A DNA stretch of 32,000 bases. Origin: Mycoplasma mycoides subsp. capri. GTDB taxonomy: Bacteria; Bacillota_I; Bacilli_A; Mycoplasmatales; Mycoplasmataceae. The position numbers and the translations under genes were made by a program. The notes under the pieces are model-generated. The model had not been told where the DNA came from, ran no database searches, and worked only from the letters and a program-made list of their open reading frames with translations. The stretch covers positions 300,001-332,000 of the forward strand of contig NZ_CP065581.1 in the NCBI RefSeq assembly GCF_018389705.1. The letters run 5' to 3'. Below are positions 10,379 through 18,907 of the stretch, in pieces (within the stretch, counting starts at the first letter, position 1; each line of letters starts with the position of its first letter).

Positions 10379-11311
10379 ATGTCAAAAATCGTAATTGCAA
10401 TTGGTGGAAATGCTTTAGGTAATTCACCAACTGAGCAATTAGAAATTGTTAAAAAAACAGCAAAATCTTTAGTAGATTTTATTGTTCAAGGTAATGATAT
10501 TGTAATTGTTCATGGTAATGGTCCTCAAGTTGGAATGATTAATAATGCTTTTGATATTGCAAATAAAAATGAAGTTAAATCTCCTATTTTAGACTTTCCT
10601 GAATGTGGGTCTATGAGTCAAGGATATATTGGATATCATCTACAACAAGCAATAGATAATGAATTAAAACTAAGAAATATTAATAAGCCAACAGTTAGTT
10701 TAATTACTCAAACTTTAGTTGATAAAAATGATGCGGCATTTTTAAAACCAACTAAACCAATTGGATCATTTATGAATGAAAGTGAAGCAAAAAAACTAGC
10801 TGAACAAAATAATTGAAATATTTCTGAAGATGCAGGACGTGGTTGAAGAAGAGTAATTGCTTCACCAAAACCAATTGATATTATTGAAAAAGATGCAATC
10901 CTACAATTAGTTAATAATTCATTTATTGTGATTGCTGGAGGTGGTGGTGGAATTCCTGTTTATTTAAAAGACGATAAACTAGTAGGAATTGCTGCTGTTA
11001 TTGATAAAGATTTTGCTGCAGCTAAAATTGCTGAAATAATTGATGCAGAAAGCTTAATTATTTTAACTGCAATTGATAAAGTAATGATCAATTATAAAAA
11101 AGAAAATCAACAAGCTTTAGATCAAATAACTTTAGCTCAAGCTCAAGAATATATTGATCAAAACCAATTTGCAGCAGGTTCAATGCTTCCAAAAGTCCAA
11201 GCTGTTATGTCATTTGTTAAAAAAACTAATGGTAAACCAGCTTATATTGGTTCACTAGAACAAGCTGATAAAGTTTTACAAAATCTAAGTGGAACTAAAT
11301 TTGTTAAATAA
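10379..11311 (+). CDS. arcC: Carbamate kinase (310 aa)
   Basis: AAAGGAAG RBS then ATG 10379 (MSKIVIAIGGNALG). Also HGNGPQVG and GGGGIPV. Three fragments join in frame via TGA. The track start at 10331 lies inside the upstream hairpin and is rejected. Confidence 0.9.
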
Positions 11312-11338
11312 TAATTTATAATTAATAAAATAAAAATT

Positions 11339-11369
11339 TAAAGTAGTTAATTTTTTAACTACTTTTTTA
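11339..11369 (+). terminator. Rho-independent terminator of arcC
   Basis: Stem AAAGTAGTTAA / TTAACTACTTT with a T-rich loop, followed by a T-run. Confidence 0.7.
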
Positions 11370-11389
11370 GATTAAAAAGCTCAATTATA

Positions 11390-11418
11390 TTGACTTTAAC
11401 TAATAAATTTTAGATAAT
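11390..11418 (+). promoter_or_regulatory. Sigma-A type promoter of tRNA-His
   Basis: TTGACT (11390-11395), 17-bp spacer, GATAAT (11413-11418). The tRNA starts 13 nt downstream. Confidence 0.6.
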
Positions 11419-11430
11419 AAAATAGTTAAT

Positions 11431-11507
11431 GGCGTAGGTGGTGAAGTGGTTAACACATCAGGTTGTGGCTCTGACATGCGCGGGTTCGATCCCCGTTCTA
11501 CGCCCCA
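11431..11507 (+). tRNA. tRNA-His (anticodon GTG) with encoded G-1 and CCA
   Basis: Hand-folded cloverleaf. G-1 pairs with C73. Acceptor GCGTAGG/TCTACGC, anticodon loop TTGTGGC, T-arm GCGGG-TTCGATC-CCCGT, 3' CCA encoded. Confidence 0.9.
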
Positions 11508-11517
11508 TTTAGAAAAT

Positions 11518-11550
11518 AACAAACAGCACTTAGGTGTTGTTTTTTTATTT
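11518..11550 (+). terminator. Terminator after tRNA-His
   Basis: Stem AAACAGCAC (11521-11529) / GTGTTGTTT (11534-11542) with one G-U pair, TTAG loop, long T-run. Confidence 0.65.
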
Positions 11551-11607
11551 TTAATTAAAATTAGTAATCTTTTTTTATTTTTTTCTAATACTTATATGAG
11601 GTGTAAT

Positions 11608-12678
11608 ATGAGTATTGAATTTAAAGAAATAGAAGTTAAAAATAGTAGAGTTACACAAAAACCTAATTATTTAGTTGATGTAATCTTTTCAAAACAAAAA
11701 TATCAAGAAGATAAAAAAGAATTTTATAAACTTTATTTAGTTATTTCTAAAAATTTACGTTATTATGATGAATCAAAATTATCTAATAATTTGTCTGATT
11801 TATTTTATTCAATTAGTTATAAAAATAAAGATAAGCTAGTTAAACTAATTAGTAATGATAAAAAATTAATTAATTATCAAATATCAACTAATAAACAAAA
11901 ACAATTTATTACAATAAATATTCCAACTAATATTTTTAATAATCATCAATTAGAGTTAATTTTTGATGCTAAGTTTAAAACAAATAATTTAACTGAAGAA
12001 TTTACAAACACCATTTTATTAAACAATAAAGCAACACATAATAAAAACAAGTATTTAAATAACCTAATTACTTATTATAAAAATTATGATCAATATAAAA
12101 AGAAAGCTGTTTTATTTAACCTTTTAAGTTATGAGTTAAACTACAAGCAACCTAGTTTTACAATTAATAAAAAGTATTTAAAAATAATTGATTTTGATTA
12201 TAAATTTAATGTTAATTTACATAAAGATTTTAATAATAATTGAGAAATAAATTATTTAATAAATAATCTTTTAAATTCTAGAACAAATAATTTTATTCAA
12301 ATCAATAAACTACAAATTAATGATTTTATTAGACCTAATAAGTACTATAAAGATTTACCTAAAGCTATTGTTTTAGATGATGGGGTTTATTTTAATAATT
12401 ATTTAGAAATTAAAGATCAAACTATAATTAGTAATTCAAATACAAAAGGGTTTATATTTAATGGATTAGTTGACAATACTTTTTATTATGATTTAAAAAT
12501 TTTTGATAACATACTAAACTTTAAAACTAAAATAAATAGTTTGAAATTTATAGATTGTAATGATTGTAATTTAATTAATCCAAACATTAGTAAATATCTT
12601 TTTTCAAAAGAGTTCTTTTTAAATTTAGAAGTTCATCCTAATTTAGAAAGTGAGTTAAATAAATATGAAGTTAAGTAA
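11608..12678 (+). CDS. Hypothetical protein (356 aa), Asn/Lys-rich, no signal peptide
   Basis: GAGGTG RBS 5 nt before ATG 11608. One internal TGA at 12241. Frame checked open to TAA 12676-12678. The upstream part of track ORF 11446-12243 overlaps tRNA-His and is rejected. Confidence 0.7.
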
Positions 12679-13027
12679 AAATTTTAAAATTTTAATTATG
12701 TTCATTTTAATAGTTTCATGTATTTTATCAACAATTGCTTCTATTTATTTTTCAAATGTCTTTTCATTAAACAAAAATAACTTATTAAAACAATCAATAA
12801 ATATTACTAAACCAATAATTGATAATTCTAAATATTTAAATAAATTATTAACTAATGATAATAAATTAAATATTAATTCATTTAAAACTATCTTTTTAAA
12901 AGAGTTAAAAAAACAAAATAAAGAGCTTTTTTTACTTGATGATTTAATAACATTTTCATATGATAATACTAGTGTTAGTGTTGAATATCAAAACTATAAA
13001 TGGTCTTATAAAATTGTATATAATTAA
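12665..13027 (+). CDS. Hypothetical membrane-anchored protein (120 aa)
   Basis: ATG 12665 overlaps the upstream gene by 14 nt. N-terminal TM/signal anchor ILIMFILIVSCILSTIASIYF. Confidence 0.6.
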   Translation: MKLSKNFKILIMFILIVSCILSTIASIYFSNVFSLNKNNLLKQSINITKPIIDNSKYLNKLLTNDNKLNINSFKTIFLKELKKQNKELFLLDDLITFSYDNTSVSVEYQNYKWSYKIVYN

Positions 13028-13050
13028 ATAGAGAAAGCTTAGGTGAAATA

Positions 13051-13272
13051 ATGGCTATTTATAATCAAATTGTTAAAGAATTAAAAAGTAGAGGTGCTAA
13101 GGGTAATATTACAAAAGATAGCGAATTCAAATCTCTAGGTTTAGATTCTTTAGATTTAATGGATATGGTAGTTACATTAGAAGAAAAATTAAATATTAGA
13201 ATCAGTGATGACCAATTACTAAGCTTACGTACTATTGATGATTTATTAAAAGTAATAGAGGAATTACAATAA
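13051..13272 (+). CDS. acpP: Acyl carrier protein (73 aa)
   Basis: TAGGTGA RBS. Phosphopantetheine attachment motif LGLDSLDLMD. Size and acidic helical character are typical of ACP. Confidence 0.85.
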   Translation: MAIYNQIVKELKSRGAKGNITKDSEFKSLGLDSLDLMDMVVTLEEKLNIRISDDQLLSLRTIDDLLKVIEELQ

Positions 13273-13737
13273 ATGATTCATTTATCTAAAACTCAACAAA
13301 CTAAATATAAACAAATAGTTGAAAAATTAAAATTAAAAAAAATTAGACTAACAGATATTAGAAGCATTGTAATTAAAATGCTAATCGTTTCAGATCATTT
13401 AACTATTCAACAAATTATTAATAATTTGGAATCTGAAATCAATAATATCAATGTAATGAGTGTTTATAATACTATTGATTTATTATTAAAAGAACATATT
13501 GTTTTTGCAAATACTTTTAATGGTAAAGATATTTCTTATGAAATAGCAGCAGATAAATCGGTGCATTTGAAGTGTGATGATTGTTTAAAAGTAATTCATT
13601 TAGATGATAAAAGTATTGAAAATTATCATTTTTTAGAGCTATTAGATTTGTGTGAAAAAAATGGTATTAAGCTAAGTCATTTTAAAATTGAAGGCCATGG
13701 CTATTGTTTAGAATGTTCTAGTAAAGAAAATAAATAA
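13273..13737 (+). CDS. fur: Fur-family transcriptional regulator (154 aa)
   Basis: ATG directly abuts the acpP stop codon. Winged-helix block RLTDIRSIVIKML...HLT..QI...L......I..MSVYNTIDLL. Two CxxC pairs (CDDC, CLEC) for structural Zn. No clear HHxH regulatory-site motif. Confidence 0.8.
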   Translation: MIHLSKTQQTKYKQIVEKLKLKKIRLTDIRSIVIKMLIVSDHLTIQQIINNLESEINNINVMSVYNTIDLLLKEHIVFANTFNGKDISYEIAADKSVHLKCDDCLKVIHLDDKSIENYHFLELLDLCEKNGIKLSHFKIEGHGYCLECSSKENK

Positions 13738-13766
13738 CTTTAGTTACTAATGATATGTGTTTAACC

Positions 13767-13795
13767 TTGAAAAACTTATTATTTGACTTTATAAT
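13767..13795 (+). promoter_or_regulatory. Consensus sigma-A promoter of the tRNA-Trp operon
   Basis: TTGAAA (13767-13772), exactly 17 bp of spacer, TATAAT (13790-13795). The tRNA starts at 13813. Confidence 0.7.
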
Positions 13796-13812
13796 ATAAT
13801 AGAAGTTTTAAT

Positions 13813-13888
13813 AGGGGCATAGTTCAGTAGGTAGAACATCGGTCTTCAAAACCGAGTGTCACGAGTTCGAGTCTTGTTGCCCCTGCCA
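13813..13888 (+). tRNA. tRNA-Trp (anticodon TCA; reads UGA and UGG)
   Basis: Cloverleaf: acceptor AGGGGCA/TGCCCCT, anticodon stem TCGGT/ACCGA, loop CTTCAAA, T-arm ACGAG-TTCGAGT-CTTGT, discriminator G, encoded CCA. Confidence 0.9.
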
Positions 13889-13898
13889 TTTTGAAATT

Positions 13899-13924
13899 AA
13901 ATCACACTTTGTGTGATTTTTTTA
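13899..13924 (+). terminator. Terminator-like hairpin (attenuator) between the two tRNA-Trp genes
   Basis: Stem AAATCACAC / GTGTGATTT (13899-13907 / 13911-13919), 3-nt loop, T-run to 13923. The second tRNA starts at 13926. Confidence 0.65.
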
Positions 13925-13925
13925 T

Positions 13926-14000
13926 AGGAGAGTAGTTCAATGGTAGAACGTCGGTCTCCAAAACCGAGCGTTGAGGGTTCGATTCCTTTCTCTCCTGCCA
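13926..14000 (+). tRNA. tRNA-Trp (anticodon CCA; reads UGG)
   Basis: Cloverleaf: acceptor AGGAGAG/CTCTCCT, the same anticodon stem TCGGT/ACCGA, loop CTCCAAA, T-arm GAGGG-TTCGATT-CCTTT, encoded CCA. Confidence 0.9.
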
Positions 14001-14009
14001 TAGAAAATT

Positions 14010-14038
14010 AAAAAAAACTGGATTAGTCCAGTTTTTTT
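14010..14038. terminator. Bidirectional terminator (tRNA operon / DegV operon)
   Basis: Stem ACTGGA (14017-14022) / TCCAGT (14027-14032) extended by flanking A7/T7 runs. Overlaps the stop of the convergent DegV gene. Confidence 0.7.
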
Positions 14039-14888
14039 ATTCTTCTATTGCAACAAAACCAATTGTTTCAACTCCTGCATGAATAGTATAAATGTTTGGT
14101 ACATTTCCATGAACAAAATTTATTTTTTCATCACTTAGAATTTGTTTTACAATTTCAACAGTTTTACTTGATGTTAGAGGGGTTGATAAAAAGTATAGCT
14201 TGTATTTATTCTTTTTAAACTTATTAGAAAGGTTTTTAATTAATTTTTCAATAAGACTATTATAAGTTCTACCAATAGCTTCTTTTTTAGGTTCTTTTGC
14301 TCAAATGATTAATAACTTAGTTTTTAAAAGATTTAAAACAGTTGTAATAACTCCTTTTGCTCTTCCACCATTTGATAGTTTTTTTAAATCTCCTGGAATA
14401 ATAGCTATTAAAACTTTTTCTTTAAAGTTATCAATAAAGTCAATAGCTTGTTGTGCAGTTTTAATTTTATTACTTTTAATAGCTTTTGCTAAACTTAAAG
14501 CAGTAAGAGCAATACCTTGAGCAGCAAGATCATTATTTTGATAAACTGTTATTTTATCTTTATACTTTTCATCTTGACTTACTAGAGTTGCAGTTTGCAA
14601 CATTGATGATAAATTGTTAGTAATTGGAATATGAATAATATGTTCATATTGTTCTAATAATTCATCATATTTTTTTTCTAGTTCACCAGGGCTTGCTTGA
14701 CTAGTTTTAATGTTTTCACCCATTGAAACTTTTTCAAGTATTTTTTCTTGTTCAACAATATTTTTAATATCTAAATATTCATCATTGTTTGGAAAAACGA
14801 TATGTAAAGGAATTACATCAATGATTGTATTTTTAAATTCAGCTGGATCATAAACAGCAGCACTATCAACTAATATACCAAATTTCAT
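14037..14888 (-). CDS. DegV-family fatty-acid-binding protein (283 aa)
   Basis: AGGGGTGG RBS then ATG 14888 (MKFGILVDSAAV). One internal TGA at 14303-14301. Stop TAA 14039-14037. DegV blocks TSQASPGE and IIPGDLKKLSNGGR. Confidence 0.85.
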
Positions 14889-14898
14889 TTTACCACCC

Positions 14899-15738
14899 CT
14901 ATTTCTTTCAACCAACTAAAGCAACAGTATCAGTTCCAGTGTGTGATGCTATTACATTTGTTAGTTCAGATTTTAGTCTTATTTCTAATTGTTCTTCTTT
15001 TATAATAGTTTCAATCAATTCTAAAGTTTTTTCATCGGTTCTAGAATATGAAATATCTATTGTTTTTAAATCTTTAATTTCTTCTTTTAATAAACTTAAA
15101 GCTTCTTTTAAAGCTTTTTTAAAAGTTCTAGCTGTTGATTGTTTGTCAATACTTCCATCATATTTTAAAATGGGAGTAATTTTTAAAATTTTTGCTAATG
15201 CAGCAGCAGCTGGAGAAATTCTTCCACCTTGTTTTAAAGTATCTAAATTTTTTGGAATAATATAAGTTACAAAGTCATTAGCTAAATATGAAACTAAATC
15301 ACAAATTTCATTTGCAGGTTTATTTTGTTTAATTCATTCAAACACTTTATTAACTACTTCTTGCATAATTACACTAACTGCACTAGTATCACAAACAAAC
15401 ACTTTATTTTCATATTTTTCTTCAGTTTGTTGTAACATTTTAAAAGTGTTGTATTGTCCACTTAATCCTTTTGAAATTGGTAAAAAGATCACTTGATCAT
15501 ATTTAGTTAACAAATCGTCTCACATTTGTAACATATCTCCAGGAGTTGTTTGACTTGTTTTTAAAACCTGACTGTTTAAAAGGTTATAAAACTTGTCTTT
15601 TGATAAATTTTCATCATCATAATATGTCTGATTATCTTGAGTTACGATCATTAAAGGAATCACATATAAATCTTTATAATCACTAACTCTTCCATCAAAA
15701 GATGAATCAGTAAGAACCGCTATTTTTATATTAACCAC
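14899..15738 (-). CDS. DegV-family fatty-acid-binding protein, second paralog (about 276-279 aa)
   Basis: Has IAVLTDSS, TSQTTPGD and IIPKNLDTLKQGGR. Three internal TGA codons, stop TAG 14901-14899. No ATG start: the candidates are GTG 15738-15736, or ATA 15729-15727 placed 5 nt after an AGGTGG RBS. Confidence 0.8.
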
Positions 15739-15771
15739 CTATTTCTATTTCTTTAATTAAATTATATAAAT

Positions 15772-15780
15772 TGATATAAT
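15772..15780 (+). promoter_or_regulatory. Extended -10 element (TGATATAAT) for the ytpR-pncB-tyrS transcription unit
   Basis: TG 15772-15773 and TATAAT 15775-15780. AAGGAGG RBS at 15797-15803. Confidence 0.5.
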
Positions 15781-15812
15781 ATAATACAATGGTAATAAGG
15801 AGGATATTGACT

Positions 15813-16422
15813 GTGAATAGCATAAAATTTGGAATTTTTTATAGTAAACAGTTCAATAGTTTATTAGTAAGCTTTTTTAATAAAAAAGTTACATCCACTC
15901 AACAAATAAATAATATAACAATATTAAAAAATAATGATGAAATAATTGGGGCAAATATTTTTAATGTAGATCCAAATTTAAACTTAAAATCAGGTTTTTG
16001 TTCTGAAGATCCAAAAGCAGTAAATTATGTTATTCAAGCTTTAAAAAATATATATGAAGTTAAACAAGAACTTCAATTTGTTATTGGAAGAATTATTGAA
16101 TGTGAACCTATTGAAGGAACTCATTTAAATATTTGTCAAGTAGATATTAAAAGTGAAGTTTTACAAATTATTTGTGGAGCAAGTAATGCTAGAAAAAAAA
16201 GTAGTATGTGTTGTTGCTACTCTTAATAGTTGATTACCAAATGGCCAACAAATTATTCAAAGTAAAATTAGAGGTGTTGATTCATTTGGAATGTTATGTA
16301 GTTATAAAGAGTTAAATATAGAAAATGATCAACAAGGTATTATTGAATTAGGTAGTGAATATAATAATAAAATTGGTGAAAGTTTTTGAAAGGAATATTA
16401 TGCAAAACAAGACCAAGTTTAA
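15813..16422 (+). pseudogene. ytpR: YtpR-like tRNA-binding-domain protein, reading frame interrupted within an A8 run
   Basis: Starts at GTG 15813, 9 nt after AAGGAGG; ATG 15789 is also in frame. The frame runs ...VIGRIIECEPIEGTHLNICQVDIKSEVLQIICGASNARKK, then stops at TAA 16224-16226. The conserved continuation [39 protein letters not shown] is in the next frame (16201-16422). The shift point is the A-run 16193-16200. Confidence 0.8.
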
Positions 16423-17461
16423 ATTTGACTCTAGAGTAAAAGATGGTTATTTTATTGCTGATTATTTTAAAAAAACTGTTGAAATATTAAAAAACTTTAA
16501 ACACGATCAAATAATAACAATGCAATTTTTTCAAAGAAATGATAATGTTGTTTTATGTGGGATTAGTGAAGTTATAGATCTTTTAAAATTTACATCACCA
16601 AACTATGATGATTTAGAAATATATGCTTTAAATGATGGAGATATTATTAATAGTAAAGAACCAGTTTTAAAGATTACTGGAAAATATCAAGATTTTGGAT
16701 GATTAGAAGGAATGATTGATGGAATTTTATCAAGAAATACTTCTATAGCAACTAATTCAAAACAAATTATTGATGCAGCTAGTCATAAAGATGTTTTAAA
16801 TATGTTAGATAGAGCAGATAATTATTTAACACTAGCTAGTGATGGTTATGCTTCTTATATTGGTGGGTTTAGATTGTTTGTAACTCAAGCTAGTTTAGAA
16901 TATATTGATGATAAAACTGTTTTACAACCATCAGGTACAATGCCTCATGCATTAATTCAAGCTTTTAATGGAGATACTTTAAAAGCAGCTGATGCCTTTT
17001 ATAAAACTTATCCAAATAATAACTTAGTTGTTTTAATTGATTATGATAATGATTGTGTTAATATGGCAACTAAAATTGGAAAACATTTTAAAGAAAAATT
17101 ATATGCAGTTAGATTAGATACTTCTGAAAATTTAGTTGATAAATTTTTTATAAATAACAAAGATTATATTAATCAAACTAATTTAAATGGAGTAAGTGAG
17201 CAATTAGTTAGAGAAGTTAGAAAAGCATTAGATAATGTTGGATGTAATCATACAAAAATTATTGTTTCATCAAGTTTTTCAGCAAACAAAATTAAAGAAT
17301 TTGAAAGTAAAAATGTTCCAGTAGATATTTATGGAGTTGGATCTGCTTTAGCTAAAATAAATATTCACTTTACAGGAGACGCTGTTTTAATTAATAATCA
17401 AAAACAAGCAAAATTTGGTAGAGAAAATATTGAAAATCTTAGATTAAAAAAAGTTAAATAG
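16400..17461 (+). CDS. pncB: Nicotinate phosphoribosyltransferase family protein (353 aa)
   Basis: GAAAGGAA RBS, ATG 16400, overlapping the upstream gene end by 23 nt. Fragments join across TGA 16700. Similar to the short NAPRTase/QPRTase-fold family (GTMPHALIQAF, VRLDTSE, IIVSSSF, GVGSAL). Confidence 0.8.
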
Positions 17462-17469
17462 GAAGTTTT

Positions 17470-18713
<1,244 letters not shown>

Positions 18714-18714
<1 letters not shown>

Positions 18715-18748
18715 AAATCTAAGTTACTTAAAACTTAGATTTTTTTGT
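18714..18748 (+). terminator. Rho-independent terminator of tyrS
   Basis: Stem AAATCTAAGTT / AACTTAGATTT, 6-nt loop, T7 run. Confidence 0.75.
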
Positions 18749-18907
18749 TTATATTTTCAAAAATATTATTAATTTATTGTTTTTTTTATAGTTTTATAAT
18801 TTGTTTAATAACTTATTTTTTGATATTTTTTAAACTTATATCTCAACTTATAACTAGTATTATTTTAAAACTATAAAAAACTCACTAAAATTAATATAAG
18901 GAGTAAT

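Noticed and set aside
6351-11520. Agmatine cassette as a horizontally acquired island inserted next to tRNA-His
   Set aside because: Hand counts of single 60-nt lines gave about 38% G+C in the transcarbamylase gene against about 20% in dnaE. However, gapA gave about 35%, so the difference is explained by amino-acid constraint in conserved enzymes. There are no flanking direct repeats, integrase or tRNA fragment duplication, so the evidence is insufficient.
11446-11607. N-terminal extension of track ORF 11446-12243
   Set aside because: The extension starts inside tRNA-His and runs through its terminator. The real start is ATG 11608, which is preceded by a GAGGTG RBS.
14305-15265. Forward-strand track ORFs 14305-14520 (71 aa) and 14939-15265 (108 aa)
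   Set aside because: Both lie entirely antisense to the two DegV genes, which have strong family motifs. They lack an RBS and have low-complexity, Phe/Ile/Ser-rich translations typical of shadow ORFs in AT-rich DNA.
17462-17469. T-box leader upstream of tyrS
   Set aside because: tyrS starts 8 nt after the pncB stop, so there is no space for a T-box riboswitch. Likewise, no riboswitch-like leader is visible for the other genes in the window.
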